A stretch of DNA of 64,000 nucleotides. It comes from Eledone cirrhosa (taxonomy: Eukaryota). The DNA is taken from the NCBI GenBank assembly GCA_964016885.1, contig OZ024743.1, positions 58,280,001 to 58,344,000 on the forward strand, given 5' to 3'. A program made the position numbers and the translations under genes. The notes beneath the pieces were generated by a model that did no database searches, was not told the DNA's origin, and saw only the letters and a list, made by a program, of their open reading frames with translations. Shown here piece by piece: positions 1-62,409 of the stretch (its first letter is position 1; each line of letters begins with the position of its first letter).

Positions 1-438
1 TGTTAAAACGAAAAAGGAGAAAAAGAGATTAGTGACGGAAATATAAAATTTATGATACATAAACGTTATGATATAACGATGGAAATATATCTTCAAATGG
101 TCTTTGGCATGGTGTCAAGTCAGAACCGCCTCGAACTGGTTACTTCTGGCTTGTGCAATGTGTCTCTATATCTATAGCAACCAGCGATTCCCTCGGCCTC
201 AGTGACCAAAGTCAGTGGAGAGGGGAAGGTAATGTTTCTATAGCGACAGTGTTTCTCTTGGTACTACCAAAGTGGAGAAATGAAGGGGAAGGTAATATTT
301 CTGTAGCACCTACATTTGAGTTTTAGGGAAGGTCAGGCAGACAGACAGACAAACAGACAAACAGAGAAATGGCCATATATTTCTGTGTGTGTATATATAT
401 ATATATATATTACACACACAGAAATGTATATATATTTC

Positions 439-471
<33 letters not shown>

Positions 472-1896
472 TACACACACAGAAATGTATATATATTTCT
501 GTGTATGTATATATATATATATTACTCACACAGAAATGTATATATATTTCTTAGAACAACATTATTATTAATGGTTTGCTGTTCATAACAATTGGAATTG
601 AAAAATTACATTTGAAATTATTAGTTATTTTACTAATGCTTAGATATGTAAAAATGAAGCAATGTTTCTAATAATTGTTTCTACTTTTGGCACAAGGCCA
701 TCAATTCTCCAGTACATTACTGGTACTTTATTTTATCGACCCCGTGAGGATGAAAGGCAAAGTTAACCTCGGCGGTATTTGAACTCAGACCGTAAAGGGA
801 CGTAACTCCATGCTATGAAGCATGGTGTCCGACTCTCTACAGATTCTGCCAATCCACCGCCCTAATGTCTGTACGTAATGAGGGAGTGAGAGGGGAGAGG
901 AAGAAAGGCAGAGGTGAAGTGACGAAGTGACTCTCTCTTCCTCCTCCTCCTCCCCCATCTCCCCATTCGTCACAGCGATAGAGGGGAGGAATGTTAGTGT
1001 GTTACAAAGAGAAAGAGTGAGAGTGGGAGATACAGACAGACTAAAAGAGAGGGATAGCTGGAGAGAGAGAGAGATAGCAACCCCGCGCTCACGTGTTTCC
1101 ACTGTCAGACAGACAGAGAAATTGCTGGTTATATATTATAAGGAGATATGGATATAGATATGATATAAAAGAAATTACCCCTAAATCAGTTAATGTTTCA
1201 CGACGTATTCCCCAATATTTTATGATAATATTTGTTTCTATTTAAGGCACAAGGCCAGCAATTACCCAGTACATTACTGGTAATTTGTTTTATCGACCCC
1301 GTAAGGATGAAAGGCAAAGTTAAACTCGGCAGGATTTGAACTCAGATCGTAAAGGGACGTAACTATGCTGGAAAGCATGTCTGACCCTCTACCGATACTG
1401 CCAATTCACCGCCCTATTTTATTATAATATTGATTATTAATAGTTATAAAGAAAATATCAAGTACAATAACATATAATGTTCTCTCACCAATTATAATGC
1501 CATAAATCAAATCAAGATATAAGCTTACTGAAATGAATAAGAGTAAGTGCAAGAAGGGAATTTACTCAGGATCATATTGGTAATGTTATCAATTGGCCAA
1601 CACAAAGAAAACATGAGCAAACATGTCTCCTTGCTTGATACCTGCGACAATATTGTTGGCAGAGATGAGCTTACTTGGTGACCCATAAAAGAAGAATTTC
1701 TGCTTTCACCCTTTTACAGGATCTTTTGTATATATATAGGAAAATCTGCTTCGTTGAATCGAGACGTATCCGTCGACCGTGTTGATTTCAGACTCAGGTG
1801 TGATCACCATATCGATCGTGCCTCGAGCTGGTCGCCCGAGAAACAAGTGTAATATGCCCAATAAATTCCTTGCGTTGCAACACTGATTCTCTTTTT

Positions 1897-1937
<41 letters not shown>

Positions 1938-2416
1938 TTTTTGCTACAATATTTTCTATACCTTTCATTTATATATATATATAGATATATATACGATATT
2001 AACAAATGGAAACTATATTTATAAAACCATATCTATTTTATTATACATATTTCAAGGATACCATGTTAAATTATGGTATGCTTTCATCAGACAAAATACA
2101 ATATATACCAGTTTTATAAATAAATATTGACATACCCTTTCAAAATGCAACCGTTACTTTTGGAAGACATCGGGATAGTGGATTGTTTACTTATATTAGT
2201 AAGTCGTTGTGTTACAGAGAAGGAAAAAGACGGAGATAGAGAAAAGCGAAGAGAGAGAAAAGGGAGAAAGAAAGAAAGAAAAAAAGAAAAAGAGAAAAAA
2301 AGAAAAAAAAAGAAAAAAAGAAGAAAAAAAAAAGAAAAAAAAGAAAAAAGAGAGAAAAACGAGAGAGAGATATCAAAACACCAGACGGAGAAAAAGAGAA
2401 AAAAATCGAGAGAGAG

Positions 2417-2450
<34 letters not shown>

Positions 2451-2725
2451 ATAAAAATATTCTTACCACAATGCAGATAGATATAGTAATAGTTGATAAC
2501 TATTCCGAGGGAATAGCCACAATCTCTCGCGAGAAATATGCGGTTCCACACCACGAAAACTTCTCTGTCCAATTCTTTCCCTCTCCAGGAGTACGTTGGT
2601 CCATGTATTTAATTATCATTTATTTATATTTATCTGTATTATAGAAACTATATTTTCAAATTTAGGATTTGACAATATTTGGTAAGTGAATAAATTTTGA
2701 ATTAATTTGATATGTCACATTACAG

Positions 2726-35429
<32,704 letters not shown>

Positions 35430-36789
35430 TATATATTAAATAAATGTTCGTTACCTTTCAGCTGTTTCAGTTATTTAAACATTTAATAAACATATATATT
35501 GATTAAAAAATACATATATAAATTGTTTATATCCTTTAATTCGAAAGAACCGTAAGCTATACATGTTGATCAAATCACAATTTAAATGATTATGTAAGTG
35601 TTTAAGCATATCTAAGTGATTACATTTTTCTTTTGAAGGTGCACGGATTTGTAGTTAGGGTATTCGGCTCATGATCATAAAGTTGTGATTTCGATTCCCA
35701 GCGGTACGTTGTATCCTTGAACATCTTATTTTATGTTGTTCCAGTCCACTCAGTTAGCCAAAAAAAAAAATGTGTTGTACCTGTAATTTGAAGGGCCAGC
35801 CTTGTCACGTTCTTTGTTAGGCTGATTCTCACCAAGAACTACCTTACGATTACGCATGTCTATAGAATTCTCAACCACTTGCACCATAATTTCACAAGCA
35901 GGCTGTTCCGTTCATAGTATCAACTGGAATAATCGTCGTCGTAACCAACAGAGTATTAGTTTTTACATTTTCTAATAACGTTTAAAATATAGATAACATA
36001 ATATTTTCCTTCATAAATTGATCTCGTTCAGCCTAATCCAAAACACTCTCGATCAAATAAACTCCACTTGTAACATTCTAGTCGCTTTTGGGGTTACTTA
36101 GGACTACAATGTGCCATATTTCATTTCATGCTTTAGACTGTAGAATTTAATTTAAGGGATTTGACTGCTATTTCTACAAGATTAAGTGACTGCATATGTT
36201 TATAATTAAAATTTTGCAGACGAATACATTAGACAAGAAGGTTATTGTAAAAGGCAAAACTGCCCATAATGATACTAGAGTGAGATTAATTACAGGATTC
36301 AACTAAAATTAGACATCTTGCATTCATATAGTTTCTAGAAATAGTTTGGTAAGTCGGGAAAATATTTTATAAAAGTTAAAGTCTTTTTAAAATTTTCCAG
36401 AAATCAATTACTCGTTTGTAAGTCACTCACATATTATACAGTTTTCCCGATAACTGTAGAATATGTGGTTGTGTTTATTTTCGAAATGTTGGTTGAATGC
36501 AAATCAGACACATATAAATGAAAAGTTGAATAAAGGGAGTAAAACAGAACACAACGCTTTCCCATATATTTCATACTTCAATTTATTTCGAGGTTAGGAT
36601 AAGTTTTCCAACGAGAAAGCATTATAGTGCAAGGTTGGCGATGAACTTCTGCAACATCCGTTTACGAAAATATGAATAAAACATGGTGAACTGAAACTTC
36701 AATCTCATTTTCTTAATAAAATACCCTGCATCATAAACGAATTATAAACAGAAACATTCTCATGCACGCCCACGCAGTCACACACATAC

Positions 36790-36853
<64 letters not shown>

Positions 36854-36879
36854 GTATATGTGTGACCGCGTGGGCGTTA

Positions 36880-37430
36880 AATATAGGTATGACGGAGGGC
36901 CGGTTTAAGGAACGCTTCCTGAACCCCCTTTCGACCTTTAGATACCCGGACAAACGATCGTCCACGAAACTCGCGAGCCACTCACGGTCCCTCAAGGACT
37001 CAGGCGTAGACTACTCCAGCCAATGGAAAGTTAAATCCAAGCCATAGGCAAGGGGTAATCCATCTTGTGGACTCTGCATTGAAGAAAGGATCAATATCCC
37101 GAGAATGTTCGTAATAACGATTGCCTAAATTTAAGGAATGAACTTTTTCCCCGCTGTCTACGCATCTGGAAACACCTATTACATAATAACAAATCTCCAT
37201 ATTGACTAACATCAACAATCTATAACATTCTGAATAACTTGAATAATTTATTACAGACATCCACAGTAATCTCCCTTACATCGATCTGTCGTGGGTTTAC
37301 CTCGCCCAGGAGAAGTGACTGTTTCTGCACATGTCTATTCGTACGGTTGTTTTTGTTTTTCCGTACAATTTCATTCAGACCGAGCTGAGGATCCTCATGA
37401 GGTGAAACATTTGTTCTCGGTATTTTGAAC
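36880..37430 (+). mobile_element. Penelope-like GIY-YIG 3' fragment with hammerhead
   Basis: IGMTEGRFKERFLN...STKLASH..LKD; hammerhead at 37379. Confidence 0.7.
37379..37421 (+). ncRNA. Type I hammerhead motif (family D), 3' of a GIY-YIG fragment
   Basis: ACCGAG-CTGAGGA-TCCTCATGAGGT-GAAA-CATTTG-TT-CTCGGT. Confidence 0.72.
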
Positions 37431-37773
37431 TATGGATGTATATATGTATATCTATATAAGTATTCATATATATCTATCAATCTCTCTCTCTCTTTCTCTC
37501 TCTCTATATATATATAAATATATATATATAGAGAGAGAGAGAAAAAGAGAGAGAGAGAGAGATTGACAGATATATATGAATACTTATATACATATACATA
37601 TATACATCGATACACATATGTATGTATGTATACATATATAGATGCACCACATATGAATGTACGCATAATGTGAATTTATAATTATACGTAAAACTTGTCA
37701 GGTATGCACAAAATATCAATCAATGCAAATATGTCTAATTTAGGCTGTATCTTTCAATAATATTTGTATGTAA

Positions 37774-37884
<111 letters not shown>

Positions 37885-38039
37885 ACAAAAGATTTGTATT
37901 TTTTTCTATATACTAAATAATAATATTCTATATACTTAACAATAATATTGGGTATATAGAAAAAATACTGAAAATAAAATTAATTATAATCACACTAATC
38001 ATAATAAAAATGAATATGAAAACAACAACTTGATGAATA

Positions 38040-39075
38040 AATCGAGGAAAAAATAAGAACTAGATCTATAATTTGGTATGCTCCCCCAGTATCTTTAGCT
38101 ATTAAAACACCTGTAAGATATTTATTTTTTAAAGCTTTGGATAAATGCTTCCCTAGGTCACATAAATATTACTCTATCTTCAATAGACACACAGTTAAAC
38201 TTTCTTATTCAACAACTATGAATATTGCTATATTTTGAATATAGCAAAAATAAATAATAAAAATTTTAATTTGAACCAACCTATAATTAGCAATAATAAT
38301 AATAATAACAATACATTAGTTAATGGGAATAACAATGATAATAGTTTAAACACGAATAATAGTAGAACACCTTTAAATAATTGTTTCTACTATTGGCACA
38401 AGGCCAGACATAACCCAGAACATTACTGGTACTTTATTTTATCGACCCCGTAAGGATGAAAGGCAAAGTTAACCTCGGCGAGATTTGAACTCAGAATGGC
38501 AAGGGCCGTAACTCTATGCGTCAAAGCATGGCGTGCGACCCTCTACCGATAATGCCAATCCACCGCCCCAGAACACCTTTAAATAATGGGAATAGTTTAA
38601 TGTCTGTAAATAACATCGAGAAGAAATGTAATTGTAGAAAGAGGTCTGAATTAAAAATAATTGCCTTGACAAGAATCTATTATATAAATGTACCATTAAA
38701 ACAAATAATAATATATAAAACTACATAGGTGCCACTTCATCTAAATTTAAGGAACGTTGGTATAATCATAGACATTCTTTCAATAAACCAGATAAGAAAT
38801 TTTCAACTTCATTTTCACAATTAGTATGGTCTTTAAAGGACAATAATTTTAAATACTCCATCTCTTGGACGAAATTAAAGATTGCTGCTTCCTATCAGAA
38901 CTCAACTATTTCGCAGATTTGTAATCTTTGTAACCTTGTGATTCTACAGATAATTACAAATTATGACAATTTAATCAACAAAAAATAATGATTTATTTAG
39001 TAGTTGTCACCATAAAATTGGTAAAACTTTCCAGGCAATGTATAAGTTTCAAAAACATATTGACAATCAATAATT
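38040..39075 (+). mobile_element. AT-rich decayed Penelope-like fragment interrupted by a SINE
   Basis: IIWYAPP...LDKCFPRSHKYYSIFNRHTVKLSYSTT; CNCRK; YIGATSSKFKERWYNH. Confidence 0.8.
38382..38569 (-). mobile_element. SINE family 1 inserted in a PLE
   Basis: 18-bp TSD AGAACACCTTTAAATAAT at 38364-38381 and 38570-38587. Confidence 0.9.
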
Positions 39076-40475
39076 TAAATATATATATAAGTTTTGCCTT
39101 ATTGTGGTAATAATTTATTGATATTTATATGTATTAGAATAATTTCATTTAGAGTCTGGTTATCCTATGCTTTGATTAGGACATTTCAATATTTAATTAG
39201 ACATCAATTATGATATATACAATAGATGATTTATGGCTTTCGAAATATCGTTGGACGTGAGAGTAGAGATAAGTTATACATGTTTGTATATAGTGAATGA
39301 ATTATCTTCCTTTTGTTTACATTGTGCGTAAACATTTCTTTTCTTTTTGACTAACTTGCTAAAATATATTAAATATGAAATATCTAGATTCATAATATAT
39401 AGACTATCATTAAAAGGAAACTATATATCAAAATAAGTAAGTACAGAAGTAAATATAACCTTTCATTAAATTAATGAAATAAAATTTTTGAGAGTAAATA
39501 TAACTACAGTTTAATCATAGGAATTAAATAAATTAAAGAATAGTAAAGATTTTATAAAGAAAATATCCTAATTAAATAAAATAATTTGGGTAATAAATGA
39601 TTTAAATATATTATATGTATTGATGGTCATATACGCATGGTATTATATTTTAATAATGATTTAAATACGCTTTAAAGATGAATTCTTTTAAAGTGGTAAG
39701 AAAATATTTATAGAATATATTACCTTAAAATAAAAAATTATAATAATCTATAATAAGTTAAATTAAATTATATAAATTTATAATTAAACTAAATATGTGA
39801 TTGCTATAGAAAGTAATCTATACTGATTTATTTTGATATAATATATAAGTATAATTAACTAAAGCATAATCAAATACAAGAGATATTTATGTGAATAGAT
39901 ATTTATGTGAATAGATATTTATGTGAATAGATTTGATGTCTTATTTGATCTAACATTTGAAAACAACGGTTTTTTTATCTCCCTTTATCCGATGTGCCCT
40001 TGTATTTCTTTAATTTTTCTTTACCCCACTTTGTTCCCTTTTACTTTCCCCACACCTTTCTCCTCCTTTGTCGTTATTCCTCTTTTCTTTTTTATATATT
40101 TATTTTATTCATTCATCCATTTATTTTTGTTTATAGATTTATCTATTTATGTATATATTTATTTATTTATTTATTGCCTTTCCTCTTCTTTACACCCCCT
40201 CATATATCTCTAATTTGCTCTACGTCCTTTTCTTCTTTAAGTTTATTATTGTTCTTTAAGTATATTATTTGTGGTATAAAAACGTTGAGATTTGATGAAA
40301 TAAATCACTGCCAATACTGGAATTGAATAATCAAGACCGTAGCGGTATGTCATATATCAAATCATATATCTTGTCTGATGAGGACGTACTGAAAAAACAA
40401 CACAGTACCTTTGAAATATATATAATAATGTATATATTTTGATTATGAGAATATTTTTCATTTGTTAACATTTTG

Positions 40476-40534
<59 letters not shown>

Positions 40535-40536
<2 letters not shown>

Positions 40537-41115
40537 CGATACTAAACAAATGGAAACTATATTTATAAAACCATATTTATTTCGTTATATATATTTCAGG
40601 GATATCATATTAAAAATATGGTATGCCTTACTCAGACAAAATACAATACATAAGCTGTTTTATAAATAATTTTTGACATACCTTTTAAATAATGCAACTT
40701 CCATTTAAAAAGTTGATTTGGTATTTTTTTTCACTTCCTCATTTTTTTTTTGTTTTCACTTCCTCAATGTATTTCTCTCTCCCATATCTCCTTGTCTCTC
40801 TGTCTCGCTCTGTTGTTTTTCTTTACATACATCTCTTCACCTTCTTCTTTTTATTTACATACATCTCTTCATCTTCTTCTTCTCATCTTCGTCTTTCTTT
40901 CTATATAACTGTCATAACAGTTTCACTACCAAATCAACTTTTTAAATGGAAGTTGCATTATTTAAAAGGTATGTCAAAAATTATTTATAAAACAGCTTAT
41001 GTATTGTATTTTGTCTGAGGAAGGCATACCATATTTTTAATATGATATCCCTGAAATATATATAACGAAATAAATATGGTTTTATAAATATAGTTTCCAT
41101 TTGTTTAGTATCGTA
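40535..41115. repeat. Fold-back, ~190-bp arms (family A)
   Basis: 40535-40723 is the reverse complement of 40928-41115. Confidence 0.92.
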
Positions 41116-41811
41116 GACCTACTCCAGAGGCTGTTGAGTGCTTTTATATTAGTTATAAGGTGTTTACTCGTTGTGGCCCAACAGTCTTAAATAAAACTTT
41201 TGCATATATATATATATATATATATATCATAAAACATGTCTATAGAATCACCAGATAAAATATATACCATTTCCTCTCCCAATTAGCATAATCAACTATA
41301 TAAAAAAAATCGAATAGACTAGTCTATAAGAATAAGGCTTCTATGAAGAAATCCCCAACAAATACCCGAAATTACCTTTGGTAAATAAATGTATTCTCTT
41401 TTCTCCTAGTTTATTTTACACCTAATTCTGTTTAATTAACTGTATATCTGGGCGATTACACTGTCGAAATATTCAATAAATATTCCGTCGCAGCCGACGC
41501 GAAGGGCTAGTTTCGGGTATTTGTTGGGGATTTCTTCATAGAAGCCTTATTCTTATAGACTAGTCTATTCGATTTTTTATATAGTTGATTATGCTAATTG
41601 GGAGAGAAAATGGTATATATTTTATCTGGTGATTCTATAGACATGTTTTATGATATATAGCTCTGATTATTTAATTTATTAACTTTTCATTGAGCCACAA
41701 TGTGACCCGTTGCAAAACACGTATATGTATATATATATATATATATGTAAACTTTTATATATATATATATATGGATATCAGTGTGTGCGTGAGTGTGTGT
41801 GTATGTATGTA

Positions 41812-41895
<84 letters not shown>

Positions 41896-42460
41896 TGTTC
41901 CGAAGAGATTGCTTTGGTAAAAACAGGAGCAAGCAGGAGAAAGCTCTCAACAATCGCAGATTTTAGTTACGTGGAGATTTTCATAAAAATAACAAAATAA
42001 GATTCTGAGCTTACATAAATCGTTTAATCATTATAATTATGTCCACGGTTCTGGGCACACAAGCAATAGGACGTGTGTTTCTTCCTGTCGGCGGCATAGC
42101 AAACAAATCGGATATTATCCGAAGATACCGTTCTCATAGCAACAACAAATGAACGAAAACCTTCTCGATTGCATGGAGAACCGTGGAAATAATTATAATA
42201 ATTAAACGATTGATGTAACCTCAGCATCTTATTTTGTTATATATATATATATATATATATAGGTATATATATATATGTGTTTATATATGTGTGTGTGTGT
42301 GTGTGTGTGTGCGTGAGTGTATGAAATAAAAGTGAAGACAGAGGTTACACAGTCGTATTTATTAGAATAGAGATATTTTATGTATATATAAATGTGTATG
42401 TATATAGATATACCAGTATATTGACTTATATGTATGTTTATGTATGTATGTTTATATATT

Positions 42461-42515
<55 letters not shown>

Positions 42516-42559
42516 ATAAATATATATATATATGTATATATATATATGTATATATATAA

Positions 42560-42631
<72 letters not shown>

Positions 42632-42697
42632 AAGTGTGTATATATGTGTAGATATATATGTGTGTGTGTGTGTGTGTGTATTTATACATATATGTAT

Positions 42698-42728
<31 letters not shown>

Positions 42729-43201
42729 TGATTGTATATATGCCTATATAAATATATATACCTGTATATACGTACCGATACACATATTTGTATGTATGTT
42801 TGTATGTATGTATGATTGTACATATATTTTATGTGTATAATATATATGTATTTAGTTTTATATATACGTGTGTATATCAATTAAACTAGGCATAGATCTT
42901 AATAGAATACTTAAGTTTTCAGGAAGTTAGTCTTCAGTGGGTAAATCTTATTATTTTATGTAATTCACTCATATGGCGTAAATTCAATCATGTTTTGTAA
43001 GCGGATACTTTCAAAACTGCTGACTGAGTTTTGTCTATACGAGCCAATTACCTCCTATATCTGGTTTCGCATACTGAACGAACATCGTCATGAAACCTAC
43101 GTATCTACCTATGTTTATATATTAATATATACATACCTATATGTACATATGAACGAACGATGTTCAAAATTAGCGAACATGTTTTTACATTATTGGATCA
43201 T

Positions 43202-58054
<14,853 letters not shown>

Positions 58055-58174
58055 CTGTAGAATAAGAACAAAAAACAGAACATGAAATATTTTAAAAATA
58101 TTTATTTGAAAATATATAATTTAATATGAAATATTGAATTAGAATTTAAACTTTAGATATGTGAAGCGGTTAAT

Positions 58175-58950
58175 TCCAGCGGGTCCTATCAGAAGCAACC
58201 ATTTCCAACAGCTCCGGTTCGAGTCTTAAGTAAGACAAGCCGAGCTCATGGATGTTGTCCAACCATCTTGCTCGGGGGTTTAATCCTGGGTCTCTTGCTA
58301 GTTAGTTTGCCCAGCGATTCTTTCCTGAGGCATTCTAACCACATGCTCATAATACCGGAGCTGTGATCCCTCAATTCGGAGAAGTAGCGGCTCTACCTGG
58401 AGCGACTCTGATCTCTAACATACGCACCCTATCATGTAACGTTACTCCAAAGACCCTTCGGAGCAACTGCAATTCGGCCGCTAGTATTCGCAATCGTATT
58501 CTTTCAGTCATTATCCAAGTTTCTCTACGTTTGTATGGAGGATGGAAATTCCACTATTCAGGTGTGGCAACAGAAATGACAGAACAGGTGGGAGTGGGGT
58601 GACTCACAAGTCTCCGATTGTCAGAATGTGTTATGGACTGGAGACCATTAGAAGAGATGATTTGTCTCTTGAAGCTTAGGCTGAAATATAGATCTCCGTG
58701 GGTGGTGCAAGTTTATGCACCAAACAAAACGTCTGAATACAGATCCTTCCTTGATGAAGTCACTACAGCATTAGCTATAGTTTACACTGATTCATATATC
58801 CTAACGGTAGAATTCAATGCACAAAGGAGTGATTGGAAGGAAATGTGATCCCGATCTAAATACGAATGGAGAGGCCTTATTAGTCTTCTGTTTTACCAAT
58901 GGACTTTCTATCATGAACATCTTCAAGCACAGAGACATCCATAAATATAT
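58175..58950. mobile_element. RTE-clade LINE fragments in opposite orientation
   Basis: Minus 58175-58521 TWIMTERIR..AAELQLLRRV..SQLRY..HVVRMPQER (3' end); plus 58525-58950 APE endonuclease VVQVYAP...NGEALL.FC..NGLSIMN.FKH. Confidence 0.75.
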
Positions 58951-58985
58951 ATTCATATAAGTATACACACACACACACACAAATA

Positions 58986-59025
<40 letters not shown>

Positions 59026-59989
59026 GTAATAATAAATGTGAAGACTAAAATCCCAAAGGGCTCGATAAGAATAAATATATATCAAATATATAAGAACCCT
59101 AGAGCAAATATTTATTAAAATAACAGATTAAAGTTTAAGCAAAGAATCGCTGCTTTCACCCTTAACGGGATCTTCTGAAACTAAAAAAATCAATATTAAT
59201 ATATATATATATTATTATTATTACTAGTAATAATGAAAAATATCACTGTAGCATCATATATATTTTTATTATACGTATTTCGAGGATACCAAATTATGGT
59301 ATGCTTTCATCAGATAAAATATGTTTGATGTATAAGATAGGGACATACCCAAAATATAAGCGTTTAACTTTGGCTTACAGTGGGCATTTGGAATAAAAGC
59401 TTAAAATTTCACAGGGTATAACTTAACAGGAATATATTGAGCATATAAAAAAGACGGTGAGTTTAGATGCTAGAGAATTTTGAAAAATATTGTTTTTATA
59501 TTGGTTATGGGGCGGCCGTTAAAGGGTGCTGTATCAGTTAATTAACGATTTATGCATAATTATATATATAAGCGCGGAAATATTCGCGTATATAAGTATA
59601 TGTTATATTTTAGAATTATGACATATAAAAAATTAGTGTTGGGTAATATATTTTAACATATACGTATATATGGTTAAATATATGGATATACAATCATGTA
59701 TATAACTGCTTTATGCATAAATGTATTATATATCTATTACTATTTAATTTATATAAGTAAACATCGACAAGGAAGTAACACTTATTATTTTTGTAATGTT
59801 TATTAAAGAATTTCTTATAAACGTATTCGAGACGTGAATTATATAACGGTAAATGTTGTTTTGAATGAATATATATATATACTTATATCTACGGGAACGT
59901 ATAAATATATTTTTGTATATTTTTATATATATGGTAAGTAAGTGAATTATATATATCATAGAGACAGGTAATAATTTAATGATAAATTA

Positions 59990-60695
59990 TATGAAGAGTT
60001 TCATAGATTCTAGCTAATATTTTACCCGTAAACCTTGTGAAAAATCTTCGAGATTCTGTGCAAACAAGAACTGAAAAGTTTTATTGTCAATAATAGAATC
60101 TGCATTTGTAACAATATGGAGGATTTCCTTGTTACAAAGATAACACATTTTCGAAATAGAAGAATTTTGGTAGGGTGATGGGCTTTGGAGTTTATGTCAA
60201 GATATTGAATAATCGATGTTTTTGTTTTTTGAAAATGTGATAGGGAAGTTGAGAATCTTTTTATCTATTGCTTAAATGTTTGTTTATGGTTATAACAGCA
60301 TTCCTTAAATTTTGATGACGTGGCCCCTATGTAATTATACAGTTTATCGTTAGTGTTAACAGTGCATTTATATACTAAATTTCTATCGAAACAGTTATTA
60401 TCTAACGGGTAAGGAAGACTTCTTACAATTACAATTTGTATTAAAGGGGTTTAATACGTCTGCTATAAGTAGTTAGTAAAACGTATTCGGCCAATTATAT
60501 CTTAAAATTACAGGGGTGGGGGAACTTCCTTCCACTCCCTATTTTCTTCCTCGTCTGCTTTTCCCCTTCGCCTACCCCGATGTAGCCCATCGCGCCTCTG
60601 TAGCATCAGTTCCATCACCCCTGTAATTTTAAGATAGAATTGGCCGAATACGTTTTACGAACTACTTATAGCAGACGTGTTAAACCCCTTTAATT
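59990..60695 (-). mobile_element. Decayed Penelope-like GIY-YIG fragment with small fold-back
   Basis: Reverse strand YIGATSSKFKEC.YNHKQTF; inverted repeat 60441-60518 versus 60616-60693. Confidence 0.65.
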
Positions 60696-61189
60696 CTGTA
60701 TCAGTTCTGGTACTACACAATTTCTAGTTTTTCTCAACTTATTAACCTGTAATTGTAAGATAGCATTGTGATTTTTTTTATTAATTTCTCACTATCTAAT
60801 TTTATATATATTTTTTATTTATTTCTATTATCTTTTATGGTCTCCTACTCTCATTCGATTTACCTATTCTATAACCTCCCTCCTCCACTTCATACACTAT
60901 CCTTAGAATCTGCTGTATACATATCACTTTCAACGCTTGACCGCTCCACTCTCCCCCCTATTGTTCTACAGGCAAGTTCAGCCACCCCTAGCTCCCACCA
61001 AATGCCATGATAGACTTATTTGTGTTTACAACAAATTTTAACCAATCCTCTTGACAACTACAATCTTCCCATATAAGGAAGTACCCCCTTGAAAAGTTCG
61101 GCTATTTATTGACCAGGCTAAAAATTCTAATTTAGTCCAGAAATAGCCGTCGAAACGGCTTGAGCTCTGCCCTCGGGGTCATACTTTTT

Positions 61190-61213
<24 letters not shown>

Positions 61214-61234
<21 letters not shown>

Positions 61235-61838
61235 ACCTAGCTGTGTGTGCTTACATACTTTACAAATTATTCCCTGTGATTGTTTCATATGTTTATTTTA
61301 TATATGTATATATATGTCAATCAATTTCTAGTTGATATAAAATGCTCGGATCTACTCATTGGAATCTTTGAGTTTATTGTGCAGTGGATATGGCGCATGT
61401 CTCTCAGATATGACACCCTTAATTTAATTTTGCATATATATACGACCCCTTAATTGTAGACCCAACTCAGTTGAATGGACTCGGCTGCTATTTCTAGCTG
61501 TTGATAATCCTATTTACGCCACTGGGATGACGCTGTGCGATGTGTGTATTTTTTAAAAAAATGCAACACGTGGTACGAGTCATTCACAGATTTGCATTTG
61601 CTGTGTAAACACAGATAGTTGGATTTTCTGCTTTGGTGAACATCCGAAATTTGACTACTGTGATTTACCGAGTGATGGTGAAATATATTTCTTTATTTAA
61701 TGAAATATATACAAAGGAGATTAATCATTTTAAAAGGTATCTATATTTGAAGTTCTAGTTAAACCTTTATTAGTTACCTACCTAGCTGTGTGTGCTTACA
61801 CACTTTACAAATTACTCACTGTGATTGTTTCATATGTT

Positions 61839-61873
<35 letters not shown>

Positions 61874-61995
61874 AATCAATTTCTAGTTGATATAAAATGC
61901 ACGGATCTATTCGTTGGAATCTTTGAGCATATTCTGCAATGGATATGGCGCATGTCTCTCAGACATGAGACCCTTAATTTAATTTTGGATATATA
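61214..61995 (+). repeat. Direct repeat of ~225 bp (61214 and 61778)
   Basis: cctacctagctgtgtgtgcttaca...cccttaatttaatttt occurs twice. Confidence 0.85.
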
Positions 61996-62235
61996 TATAT
62001 ATATTTATATAAGGGATAACAAGTTATCGTTATAAGTGATCCACTTAGAGGTAGTCCGGTTAGAGTACTCCGTGTTGTGAATGGTTTTAACGTGCGGCTT
62101 AGTTTGACTCAACAAGATGCTTCCATAGTGATGCAGCGAGTTCGCGGTAGTTTCTATGCAGGTTATACTTGGAGTAATAATAGTTAAAGAAAGAAGAGTA
62201 ACATGGTTGGCTGTACATTAAGGGCTTTATTCAAA

Positions 62236-62346
62236 TTGCTGACAATTGTTTCGTTGATCTGTTGCGTCTAGAGTTCGTTAATCGCTTGATGCTGCGTCAA
62301 TCGATCTCCAATATGTTGTTTACAACCAGTCAACACATCAGAGCAA
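62236..62346 (-). ncRNA. Hammerhead-like motif with extended stem II (family F)
   Basis: Reverse strand TTGCT-CTGATGT-GTTGA...TCAAC-GAAA-CAATTG-TC-AGCAA; one core deviation (A9 to U). Confidence 0.55.
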
Positions 62347-62409
62347 GTGGATATGAAAATAATACGCAAGTCATGGCTTTTATAGAAGTGTGGTGTTAAA
62401 CCAAAACGA

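Noticed and set aside
375-550. Spaced repeats acacagaaatgtatatatatttctgtgt resembling a CRISPR array
   Set aside because: Eukaryotic minisatellite with (AT)n spacers and no unique spacers or cas genes.
1-2725. Search for gene A N-terminal exons (THW..P.F.AYFP motif)
   Set aside because: No matching exon found; presumed upstream of the window.
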